From assembly GCA_021323375.2 (NCBI GenBank), contig JAJPCT020000018.1, forward strand, positions 63,556 through 127,555: DNA of 64,000 nucleotides, written 5' to 3'. The notes beneath the pieces are model-generated. The model searched no databases and was not told where the DNA came from. It saw only the letters and a program-made list of their open reading frames with translations. Source of the DNA: Candidatus Wolframiiraptor gerlachensis. Lineage in GTDB: Archaea; Thermoproteota; Nitrososphaeria_A; Caldarchaeales; Wolframiiraptoraceae. A program made the position numbers and the translations under genes. Positions 1 to 8,985 of the stretch are shown here, one piece after another (position 1 is the stretch's first letter; every line of letters begins with the position of its first letter).

Positions 1-729
1 CCCGATCCCGCACTTCATCCTCCTCTCTAGGGAGAAGTAGATCTGATTCTCCTTAAACCCGATCTGCTCAAGAGCCTTAACGGTGAACCTCATCATTATC
101 TCGGGGCCGCAGACGAGGGCTATAGTCCTCTCGACATCTATCCTCGCCATCGGTATAAGCTCTGTAACAACGCCGACATGATACCTCCAAGTCTCATCAG
201 GGTGATCGACGGTAAGGAGGAACTCCGTATTCGGTATCTCCCTATACCGGTCGAACTCATAGCGGTAGAGTAGGAGGCTGGGAGTTCTCGCTCCATAAAG
301 TATCGTTAGCTTCCCATACTTCCCCCTATTCCTTTCAACCTCTAGGATGACTCCCCGGAGTGGCGCTAGCCCAATACCGCCAGCCACGATGAGCACATCC
401 TTTCCAGCGAGCTTCTCGATTGGCCAGCCCTTACCATAGGGCCCCCTTATGCCAACCAAGTCGCCCTCACGCATCTTAAACAGGTAATCGGTCAATGCTC
501 CAACAGATCTTACAGTCTGAACTAGGATCCCATCCTCCAACCCGCATATTGAGACGGGGGCCTCACCCACGCCTGGAACGTATACCTCGGTGAATTGCCC
601 CGGCTTAGGCGCCTCAACGAGGCCCCCCTGTACTCTGAAGTAGAATGTCTTGGTATCTGGGGTCTCGGGGACTATCTTGACGATCTCGGCCCTAACCGGC
701 ACCATCGGAGTCCTGACTACCTCCTGCAC
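1..729 (-). CDS. Sulfhydrogenase/anaerobic sulfite reductase gamma-type FAD/NAD(P)-binding subunit, 3'-truncated by window edge
   Basis: Not in ORF track. Manual translation from GTG at 729: VQEVVRTPMVPVRAEIVKIVPETPDTKTFYF...IRGPYGKGWP...IVAGGIGLAPLR...ICGPEIMM-like...YFSLERRMKCGIG (FNR-like domain plus start of the 2Fe-2S motif). Overlaps the beta-subunit stop. Confidence 0.88.
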   Translation of the reverse strand, partial: MQEVVRTPMVPVRAEIVKIVPETPDTKTFYFRVQGGLVEAPKPGQFTEVYVPGVGEAPVSICGLEDGILVQTVRSVGALTDYLFKMREGDLVGIRGPYGKGWPIEKLAGKDVLIVAGGIGLAPLRGVILEVERNRGKYGKLTILYGARTPSLLLYRYEFDRYREIPNTEFLLTVDHPDETWRYHVGVVTELIPMARIDVERTIALVCGPEIMMRFTVKALEQIGFKENQIYFSLERRMKCGIG

Positions 730-1832
730 CTCGTCTCCACCTCCTTCACCACATCTCTCACAACTTGCCTAAGATCTATTCCTGCGGGACACCAGGTTAT
801 GCACCTGCCGCATCCCACACATCCAAATGTCCCGAACTGCCTGATCCAATACACGAACTTGTGGAGAACCCAGTGCCTATACCTAGCGTAGAGGCTTTTC
901 CTGAAGTGCCCCCCAGCGACCTGAGCATAGCTATAGCTATGGCATCCATCCCAGATCCTAATCCTCTTCGCGGATCCATCAAGCTCTGGCTCATCAATAA
1001 CATCAAAGCAGAAGCATGTAGGGCATACCATATTACAATTAGCACAGCCGAAACATCTCTCAGCAATCTTCCTATAAACCTCCGAGTCTAATCCCATCTC
1101 GAGGGTCTCAGGAAGATTTTCCAGAGTGAACTCCGCTCGAGCCTTCTTAGACGCATCCAGCATGAGGTTTCTGAGGAAGTCAACCTGTTCATCCTCGGCA
1201 GGCCTGAGACTGAGCTCGCTGAGTATATCCACCCCGAGATCGCTCCCCGGCTGGAAGATTACAACGCCGCTGCCAACCCTAGTATAGGCCACATCGAATC
1301 CCTTGAAAGCAAACGGGCCCGTGCCCATGGTCGCGCAGAAGCATGTATCTCCAGGCTCCACGCAGTTCTCGACGATGAGAAGAAGGTTCTCCCTAACCTT
1401 CCGATAATACTCGTCTCCCAGCTCGCCCTGAACACCATCCATGACATTTATCGCAGCAAGATCACAAGGCTTTATACCGAAAAAGGCCGTCTTGTAGAAC
1501 TCGAACCTCGGATATTCCACGCTCAGATCAGGCCTAATGATAAATAGGAGTAGCTCTGGGGGGTATAGGAACCTCTTTGGCGAGTCCGGGCCATGCCTGA
1601 ACCTGCCGCCATTATTGACAACGCGATAATATCCAGGAGCCTGCTTATCCCCATAGCCATATGGGATCTCATTGAAATCATTTAATTGCTCAAGCCTTAT
1701 GACGGAATTCACGAGCTTGGGCCCTATGACCCTATAACCTCTAGAAACCGCCACATTGAACAGCGACTTAAGGTCATCTTCCACACCGGAGTAGACCGAC
1801 CCCCGGAACAACACTTGATCTGCGAAGATCAT
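717..1832 (-). CDS. Sulfhydrogenase beta / AsrA-type 4Fe-4S dicluster subunit
   Basis: Motifs GIKPCD, CFCATMGTG, CFGCANCNMVCPTCFCF and GCVGCGRCITWCPAGID are typical of group 3b hydrogenase beta subunits. Confidence 0.9.
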   Translation of the reverse strand: MIFADQVLFRGSVYSGVEDDLKSLFNVAVSRGYRVIGPKLVNSVIRLEQLNDFNEIPYGYGDKQAPGYYRVVNNGGRFRHGPDSPKRFLYPPELLLFIIRPDLSVEYPRFEFYKTAFFGIKPCDLAAINVMDGVQGELGDEYYRKVRENLLLIVENCVEPGDTCFCATMGTGPFAFKGFDVAYTRVGSGVVIFQPGSDLGVDILSELSLRPAEDEQVDFLRNLMLDASKKARAEFTLENLPETLEMGLDSEVYRKIAERCFGCANCNMVCPTCFCFDVIDEPELDGSAKRIRIWDGCHSYSYAQVAGGHFRKSLYARYRHWVLHKFVYWIRQFGTFGCVGCGRCITWCPAGIDLRQVVRDVVKEVETRCRR

Positions 1833-1955
1833 AAAATCGTTATAATTTTAACCTTTCTAAAGAAAGCATTAGCCTCATTATGGAGAACCAGCTCTAGTTA
1901 AGTTTTGAGGTTGGAGGGGCTTTCGCGCGTTTTACCTGTTGAAGTTCTCCCGAAT

Positions 1956-3050
1956 TCAGGTTGCTGTCAATTTTCCAAGTTTATTCAAGCTAACGCTTCC
2001 CACATTGACGAGGCTTGGATTCAGCTTAACACTCATGTCTATTATGATCTCTGCAATCTCGGCTGAAAGCTCGGCCTGCCTCTTCATACTCCATATAAAT
2101 TGCGTGAAGTTGGGTCAAAGCACGCTCACATCGCATTTAACCGATCTATACCTTAACCTATCGATAATTTCATTTTCGCCGAGTTCTATATCCTCGAGAT
2201 ATCTTCTTATCGCCTCGTTGGCCAGCCTAATATCCTTTGAAAATATGGCTCTTATGGCCTTTTCACGAATATTCCGGCAACGTTCATAATATTCCGTAAG
2301 TTTTTGAAGTGTCTCCTTATCAAGTTCCACCTCGCAGGTCAGTATTTTTAGAACGCTCTTGGCGCCGAGCTTGGATAAATCGGCCATTCTTTCAAGGCAG
2401 TAGCCCATTATCGCGAGGAAAGATATCTCCAATGGTTGTGTTATCCCTAGATTCTCGGCAAAATTCCTCTTCTTATGAGCGGTTGAGAGGGCTCTGGAGA
2501 ATAGATAGTAGAGCTTATTTACCTCCTCATCCCTCAATATCACCATCTTAGCTAGTTCGCGATTCCCCTCAATAAACGCCCTGAAATACTCCTCCTGCAT
2601 GGATGAGACCAAGTTACAGATCCTCTCTAGAATTGAATAGATTGAGGACTTAAGGACATCTACTATACATTGTAGCACGACGTGCTGCTCAGTCTCATCC
2701 ATTACAGAGACCCCTGTCAGCAATTTTAACGCCTCCCGGATCTCCTTGATATGCCTATAGCTTAAGCGAGTTTTTGAGATAATCTCGATCATGTCGACAC
2801 CGGCAATATAGCTCGCAACAATCAGCCTGTTTAGAAGCCCGGGCTGATCGCATAGATCCGCATTTATCCTGCAGGCTTCAAGGGTATGGTCTGCGTCCGA
2901 TTTAGCGGGCCACAATCTTAACGAACCATCATTATATTCTTCGATAACTATGGCGTCCCCCTGCTTAAGACCATGCTCCCTAACCCACCAGTAGGGTAAG
3001 GAGATTGTTAAAGTGCCCTTACCAACACGCTGTATCTTACGCTGCTCCAT
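1956..3050 (-). CDS. AbrB-PhoU family regulator with an internal in-frame TGA at 2115-2117 (truncated or read-through)
   Basis: N-terminal RKIQRVGKGTLTISLP (AbrB) followed by PhoU repeats. The frame continues past TGA as PNFTQFIWSMKRQAELSAEIAEIIIDM, resembling the last PhoU helix, to TGA at 1956. Confidence 0.75.
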
Positions 3051-3105
3051 GAAATCCCCCAGTAAAATAGCATAATTTTCGCTAGATAAGATTTATTGTC
3101 CGAGG

Positions 3106-3165
3106 CCTAGGAGAAATTTAGGGTAAATACCTTATATACTGGAATATTTTTTCTATTTCTCTAGG
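3106..3165. promoter_or_regulatory. Divergent promoter region with an imperfect inverted repeat (CCTAGGAGAAAT ... ATTTCTCTAGG) and TATA-like elements
   Basis: AT-rich intergenic region between the regulator and the hydrogenase operon. Repeat arms at 3106-3117 and 3155-3165, with CTTATATA between them. Confidence 0.4.
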
Positions 3166-3202
3166 TATATATCAAGCTGGTTTGGTAAATGCTTGGGGTA
3201 AA

Positions 3203-3679
3203 ATGAGTGGGAAGATATGTTCCGGCAATCTGATCGAATCTCTCCAAAGAATTCAAGAAAAGCAAGGATTCTTGCCGAGAGACTCATTAATAAAGCTTTC
3301 CCGGGATACGCGGAGCCCTCTAAGCAGGATATTCGGTGTAGCGACATTTTACCACCAGTTCAGGCTGGAACCGCCTGGAAAAGTAACGATTGCTGTTTGC
3401 ATGGGGACTGCATGCCATCTTAGGGGGAATGCTGAGAACTATGAATTTCTAAGGAGATTCTTGGGTATACGGCCCGACAGATCGACGAGCGATGATGGCC
3501 TATTCTCCTTGGAGAAGGCTAGATGCTTTGGCTGCTGTAGCCTAGCCCCAGTGGTGAAGATCGGTGATATGCTCGTCGGCAAGGCCACGCCTAGGGAGCT
3601 TCAAAAGGCGATCTCCCGCGTTAGGGAGTCGATTCTGAGGGAGGAGGCTGCTCGCGGGGCTGGGGGTGGTAAGACATGA
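3203..3679 (+). CDS. HydC/NuoE-like thioredoxin-fold [2Fe-2S] subunit
   Basis: VATFYHQF, CMGTACHLRG and CFGCCSLAP motifs. Start chosen at ATG 3203. Confidence 0.92.
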   Translation: MSGKICSGNLIESLQRIQEKQGFLPRDSLIKLSRDTRSPLSRIFGVATFYHQFRLEPPGKVTIAVCMGTACHLRGNAENYEFLRRFLGIRPDRSTSDDGLFSLEKARCFGCCSLAPVVKIGDMLVGKATPRELQKAISRVRESILREEAARGAGGGKT

Positions 3680-5649
3680 TGAGGCAGGAGTACTGGACAT
3701 TAATGGATCCATGTTGCGATTATTGTCTTCATTCTCGGGACAATCCTTGCGCGAAGTATGTTGTCTGCAGAATGCGCGGGCCATTCTGTCACAGGAGTGT
3801 GGAGTGTAGGGAGAAGAGGCAGCGGAGGATCAGGGAGGTGCTTTACGGCTCGCAGGGCGTTAGAATTAATATCGGTGCATCGAGCTGCGGCTTGGCTGCT
3901 GGCGCCGAACGGGTCCTCGAGGCCGTGAAAGATGGTCTCAGATCAATGGGCGTGGAGGCGGAGGTTTCCGCGGTGGGCTGTCTGGGATTATGCTTCATGG
4001 AGCCCTTCATCGAGATTCAGAGCGAGGATGGTCCATCTCCGATCTATGGCTATGTATCGCCCGAGAATGTTGGCGATATTCTTGCCAGGTATTTTGAGGA
4101 GGGGAGCGTGGATGGCGCATTCGCGATCAGGAAGCGCACGGGCAGATTCAAGGACGAGGATAAGGTCCCCCTCTTGGATGAGCTTGATGTCTGGAGGAAG
4201 CAGGTGAAATGGGTTTCTAGAAACTGTGGTGTGATTAACCCGGAGTCGATCGAGGAGTATATTGTTACAGGCGGTTATGAGGGGCTTTCAAGAGCGCTGA
4301 CGATGAGGCCTGAGGAGGTTATCGAGGAGATTAGGCTGGCGGGGCTTAGGGGTAGAGGTGGAGCCGGGTTCCCAACATGGCTCAAGTGGAAGATATGCCG
4401 CGAGCAGCCATCAGAGGAGAAGTATGTCATCTGTAATGCTGATGAGGGTGATCCGGGGGCTTTCATGAATAGGCTCTTGGCGGAGTCTGATCCACACAGG
4501 GTGCTGGAGGGCATCATAATAGCTGGATACGCGATAGGCGCTTCTCAGGGCGTGATTTTTGTCAGGGCGGAGAAGCCCCTGATGGCTGCCAGGCTTGAGA
4601 AGGCCGTGGAGGATGCTCGCCGATGGGGGCTTCTGGGCGAGAATATCCTCGGATCGGGATTCAGCTTCGATGTGAGGGTGATGAGGAGTGCTGGGGCATT
4701 TGTATGCGGGGAGGAGACGGCTATGATAGCGGCTATCGAGGGGAGGCGTGCGATGCCGCGGCAGCGGCCACCATACCCAGCCTCTAAGGGCCTTTGGGAT
4801 AAGCCAACGGTGGTCAATAACGTCGAGACGCTGGCGCATGTCGCGACGATAATGGCGCATGGATGGCGGGAGTTCGCGAAATATGGGACTGAGCGGAGCA
4901 AGGGGACGAAGATGTTCTGCGTAACCGGCGGCGTTAAGAGGACAGGCGCATTCGAGGTTCCAATAGGCACCACGATCAGGACCCTCGTGTATGATATAGC
5001 TGGGGGGCCGCATGAAGGCAGAAGGATAAAGGCGGTTCAGATAGGAGGACCCTCAGGCGGGTGCCTCCCAGAGAGGCTATTCGACCTACCTATCGATTAT
5101 GAGAGCCTTCAGGAGGCTGGCGCGATAATGGGCTCCGGGGGCCTAGTGGTCATAGATGACACTAACTGCATGGTTGATGTGGCGAGATACTTCACTTCAT
5201 TCACCTTAGCCGAGTCTTGTGGTAAGTGTATACCATGCAGGGTTGGCACGAAGGCGTTGTATGACCGCTTATCCGCGATAGTTGAGGGTATGAGTAGCCA
5301 AGAGGACCTACAATTGCTCGAGGAGATTGGGATTATGATGAAGGAGGCGGCTCTATGCGCCTTAGGCGGGACCGCGCCAAATCCGATCCTATCATCACTC
5401 AGGTACTTTAGAGATGAATATGAGGCCCATATATTGGAGAAGAGATGCCCGGCGAAAGTTTGTAGAAAGCTTGTCTCATATGCTATAAACCGGGAGCTTT
5501 GCGTCAAATGTGGATTATGTGCCAAGTCATGTCCTGTGGGCGCGATAGCAAAAACAGCTGATGGTTACTTCATGATAGATGAGTCTAGGTGCATCAGATG
5601 TGGCACGTGCGTTATCACGTGTCCGAGAGGTGCTGTTGAGAAGAGGTGA
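3676..5649 (+). CDS. HydB/NuoF-like FMN/NAD(H)-binding diaphorase subunit of bifurcating type, with a Cys-rich N-terminal extension
   Basis: GRGGAGFP, NADEGDPGAFM, GAFVCGEETA, GGPSGG and ESCGKCIPCRVG motifs. Also an N-terminal 2Fe-2S domain (SSCGLAAGA...GCLGLCF) and a C-terminal 2x[4Fe-4S] domain. Confidence 0.93.
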   Translation: MMRQEYWTLMDPCCDYCLHSRDNPCAKYVVCRMRGPFCHRSVECREKRQRRIREVLYGSQGVRINIGASSCGLAAGAERVLEAVKDGLRSMGVEAEVSAVGCLGLCFMEPFIEIQSEDGPSPIYGYVSPENVGDILARYFEEGSVDGAFAIRKRTGRFKDEDKVPLLDELDVWRKQVKWVSRNCGVINPESIEEYIVTGGYEGLSRALTMRPEEVIEEIRLAGLRGRGGAGFPTWLKWKICREQPSEEKYVICNADEGDPGAFMNRLLAESDPHRVLEGIIIAGYAIGASQGVIFVRAEKPLMAARLEKAVEDARRWGLLGENILGSGFSFDVRVMRSAGAFVCGEETAMIAAIEGRRAMPRQRPPYPASKGLWDKPTVVNNVETLAHVATIMAHGWREFAKYGTERSKGTKMFCVTGGVKRTGAFEVPIGTTIRTLVYDIAGGPHEGRRIKAVQIGGPSGGCLPERLFDLPIDYESLQEAGAIMGSGGLVVIDDTNCMVDVARYFTSFTLAESCGKCIPCRVGTKALYDRLSAIVEGMSSQEDLQLLEEIGIMMKEAALCALGGTAPNPILSSLRYFRDEYEAHILEKRCPAKVCRKLVSYAINRELCVKCGLCAKSCPVGAIAKTADGYFMIDESRCIRCGTCVITCPRGAVEKR

Positions 5650-6314
5650 TGGTGATGAAGGTTAGGATAAATGGTTTGGAGGTGGAGGCAAGGGAGGGCG
5701 AGAGGATACTCGATGTCGCCAATCGCCTGGGCATTAGGATACCAACCCTCTGCTATCTCAAAAATGTGTATGAGGGCGCCTCCTGCAGAATCTGCGTCGT
5801 CGAGCTAGGTAATGGAAAGTTGATACCAGCCTGCGCCTATGAGGTGTCCGATGGCCTCACTATCAGCACCGATACTCCGAGGATTAGGGAGAGCAGGAGG
5901 GTGACGCTGGAGCTGCTGCTCTCTGCTCATAGGATTACGTGCCAGAATTGTCCCAAGAAGGGTGAGTGCACCCTAGTGGAGCTATGCTCCGAGTACGGTG
6001 TTGAGGGGATACCAGTATGCGCCGAGTGCCCTCTCCACGGAGAGGACTGCTTCATCGCGAGGAGCGAGATCTGCCTAGGCCCGATCACGGCTAGCGGATG
6101 CAAAGCTGAGTGTATTCGCGATGGGAGGACTTGCGAGGGCTGCAGGGGTCCAGTCACGAGGAGAGACGTGATAGAGTGGGCTAGAGGGATTTACATCGAG
6201 CATGGCATATCGTTGGAGGCGGTTCTTGAGAAGCTCAAGACATATTGTGCTTCATCACGCGAATTCGACCTAATTCGCGAGTATCTTGTGGTGAAGGAGG
6301 TGGTTGAGGGATGA
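5646..6314 (+). CDS. Chimeric Fe-S subunit: HydA/NuoG N-terminal [2Fe-2S] and His-[4Fe-4S] domains fused to the C-terminal Fe-S domain of a group-3 [NiFe] small subunit
   Basis: IPTLC..SCRICVVE..AC and HRITCQNCPKKGEC, then PVCAECPLHGEDC..CLGPITASGCKAEC..CEGCRGP. Confidence 0.85.
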   Translation: MMVMKVRINGLEVEAREGERILDVANRLGIRIPTLCYLKNVYEGASCRICVVELGNGKLIPACAYEVSDGLTISTDTPRIRESRRVTLELLLSAHRITCQNCPKKGECTLVELCSEYGVEGIPVCAECPLHGEDCFIARSEICLGPITASGCKAECIRDGRTCEGCRGPVTRRDVIEWARGIYIEHGISLEAVLEKLKTYCASSREFDLIREYLVVKEVVEG

Positions 6315-7600
6315 TGAGTGTTCCTGGTATTGATAGGATAGTGGGCCACGCGACCCTGGACATAGATATGGAGAGAGGGGCGCTGGATGCGCGTTTCAAG
6401 GTCTTGAATGATCCACGCTTCATAGAGGCCATAGTGCTAGGGAAGAAGTATTATGAGGTTCCATCAATTGTCTCTAGGATATGTGGGCCATGTAGCATAA
6501 GCCATACGATAACCGCTACGATGGCCATAGAGAAGGCTCTTGGAGTGAGCGTCCCGGAGCCGGTGAGAATTCTCAGGAGGATAGCTGTGCTTGGGGAAGT
6601 GGTTGAGAACCATCTCCTACATCTCACGCTGGTGTGCTTGCCGGAATACTTTGGATATGCCGATCTTATTGAGGTCGCCAAGTATAAGCCAGAGCTCCTC
6701 AAGAGCATACTGCTCATCAGGTCACAGCTTTCCAAGATCATGGAAATGATCTCTGGGAGGCTCGTCCACCCGAACACGCTGATGATAGGTGGGTTCTCCA
6801 AGACCCTTGGGAAGACGAAGCTCGAGGAGGCGAGGAACATGTTAAGGGAGATCAGGGGCAAGATCATCGATATCGCGGAAATATTTCTCGAGATCGAGTT
6901 CCCCGAGTTCGAGGTGATAATGGAAGCATGCGCATCCCTGAGGGACGACTACCTCTACATCGGGGATGAGATAATCACCTCGGATGAACGGAGGGTTAGA
7001 GCGGAGGATTATAGGAAGGTGTTCATAGAGGATGTGCAGCCATATACGACTTCGAAGAGGGTGACGCTTGAGGGGCTGCCCGTATACGTTGGGGCTAGGG
7101 CGAGGGTGAACTTGAAGGCCGACATGCTCTCAGAGAGGGCTAAATCCTATCTCAAGGCGAGGAGATTCCCGCTGAGAAACCCGTTCGATAATCTAAGGGC
7201 GCAGGCCATAGAACTGATTCACTGCATGGATGCCATGGAAATGTTAATTGAGGAGGTTCTCAATATCCTCGAAGCCAAGTCAATTCATGTAGGATCAGGG
7301 ATCATGATTAGGGAGGGTGCTGGTGTTGGGGTGTCTGAGGCCCCCCGCGGCATACTAATCCACCATTATGAGGTTAATTGCTGGGGCAACGTGGTCTATG
7401 CCAACGTGATAACGCCAACGACAATAAATTGTAGGCACGTGGAGGTCGCGGCCCTGGAGCTTATCAGGCACTATTTCTACGAGGATGCACCGGCCACTGA
7501 GATAGAACGCTACCTGAGAAAGCTCGTGCAGGCATATGACCCATGTCTCGGCTGCGCAACCCACTCGGTCAAGATAAACATTAGGGGGTTGAAAGCATGA
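6311..7600 (+). CDS. [NiFe] hydrogenase large subunit, group 3 (3b-like)
   Basis: L1 motif SRICGPC, EAPRG, and L2 motif DPCLGCATH followed by a cleavable C-terminal extension. Confidence 0.93.
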   Translation: MMSVPGIDRIVGHATLDIDMERGALDARFKVLNDPRFIEAIVLGKKYYEVPSIVSRICGPCSISHTITATMAIEKALGVSVPEPVRILRRIAVLGEVVENHLLHLTLVCLPEYFGYADLIEVAKYKPELLKSILLIRSQLSKIMEMISGRLVHPNTLMIGGFSKTLGKTKLEEARNMLREIRGKIIDIAEIFLEIEFPEFEVIMEACASLRDDYLYIGDEIITSDERRVRAEDYRKVFIEDVQPYTTSKRVTLEGLPVYVGARARVNLKADMLSERAKSYLKARRFPLRNPFDNLRAQAIELIHCMDAMEMLIEEVLNILEAKSIHVGSGIMIREGAGVGVSEAPRGILIHHYEVNCWGNVVYANVITPTTINCRHVEVAALELIRHYFYEDAPATEIERYLRKLVQAYDPCLGCATHSVKINIRGLKA

Positions 7601-8985
7601 GGATCGGCATATACTCATTCGGCGGATGCGAGGGCTGCAGATACTGGCTAATAGACTCGATGCTGAGAGTATGCGAGGAACTTGGCGCCGAGATAGTCTA
7701 TGAGCCCCTCATCGGGCTTTCCAAGGAGAACCCCGAATACGATTTGGTAATCATCGAGGGGGCTGTCTGCACCGACGAGGACTCCGAGAAGCTCCAGAGA
7801 CTGAGATCTCGAGCGAAGTATCTCGTCGCCCTAGGCTCCTGTGCCCTGCTCAGCGGTGTGCCAGGCCTTAAGAGGTTCACGGATCCACGCGCGGCCGAGA
7901 TGGTCTACTTTGGCAAGCCGTTGCCGAAGAAGCCGGTTGACGTGAAGCCGATAACTGCCTATATTCATGTAGATTATTGGATCAGGGGATGCCCGCCGGA
8001 TCGAGAGAACTTCGAGAGGCTCTTTAGGGCCATAATCTCCGGCATCGCCTCCGGGAGGCCTTTCAAGCTCCATGAGAGGAGACTGGAATTCTGCAGGGAG
8101 GAATTCACGAGCATCGAGGGAAGCGTGCTAAGGCTCGACGGCGACAAGTGCATGGTCTGCGGTAGATGTGTCGGCGCCTGCGAGAGGATGGGAGTCTACG
8201 CGATAGACTATGCGTACAGGAGCATAAGCACAGTCGTGACAACGCCCTTCTCAATACCCTTCGATGAGAGCACATGTGTGCTATGCGGCCAGTGTACGCT
8301 CGTCTGCCCGGTCGGCGCGATCCGCGAGAGGAGTGACCTAGAAAAGGTTCAAAGAATTCTATCAAGGCCCACGGCGCTAAGAGCTTACATAGAGCCTGAG
8401 AGCCTAGCAGCTATGTCCAGCTACTTCAACCGCGAGGTCGAGGTAATCATTGGAGCGCTTATCGCCAGAGGCTTTGAGAGCGTTGCAATATATGTGCCCG
8501 AGTATCACGCCGATGTCGAGAGACCGCTGATCCCCGCGAGCGAGGCCGAAAGGAGATTTATCAACATATTCTATCCACAGCTAGCTGAACTATTGTCGGA
8601 GCCGCCGGCTCCGCCGGGAGGATCATCAGTCCTGATAACGCCGTGCTTAGCTAAGAAGGCGCAGGCCCGTGAGGGATTAGTATTAACAACTCGCGAGGCG
8701 ATCAAGCTAATCTCCAACATCGACTTGGACGAGGTCGAGGGGACCCTCCCCATAATGCCCTCCAGAAAAAGCATCACCTTCAGGGAGGTTCATGGGCCGG
8801 ATAACGTGATTAGGTTCCTAGAGGAATATACGAGGGGGGTGCGCGTCAAGGAGCCGATGATACTTAAGATGTGCCCAGGCGGATGCCTTGGAGGCGGAGG
8901 ACAACCATACTATAACGAGGACCTCTATCGGAGGATGAATGAGGCGCTTGCGAGGATATCTTCCACGCTCCTAGTCATTGATTGA
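7597..8985 (+). CDS. Chimeric subunit: [NiFe] small-subunit N-terminal domain fused to HydA 2x[4Fe-4S] and a degenerate H-cluster domain
   Basis: GCEGC, EGAV, GSCA and GCPP, then CMVCGRCVGAC / CVLCGQCTLVCPVGA, ITPCLAKKAQA (P2-like) and MCPGGCLGGGGQP (P3-like). No TSCCP P1 motif. Confidence 0.87.
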   Translation: MRIGIYSFGGCEGCRYWLIDSMLRVCEELGAEIVYEPLIGLSKENPEYDLVIIEGAVCTDEDSEKLQRLRSRAKYLVALGSCALLSGVPGLKRFTDPRAAEMVYFGKPLPKKPVDVKPITAYIHVDYWIRGCPPDRENFERLFRAIISGIASGRPFKLHERRLEFCREEFTSIEGSVLRLDGDKCMVCGRCVGACERMGVYAIDYAYRSISTVVTTPFSIPFDESTCVLCGQCTLVCPVGAIRERSDLEKVQRILSRPTALRAYIEPESLAAMSSYFNREVEVIIGALIARGFESVAIYVPEYHADVERPLIPASEAERRFINIFYPQLAELLSEPPAPPGGSSVLITPCLAKKAQAREGLVLTTREAIKLISNIDLDEVEGTLPIMPSRKSITFREVHGPDNVIRFLEEYTRGVRVKEPMILKMCPGGCLGGGGQPYYNEDLYRRMNEALARISSTLLVID

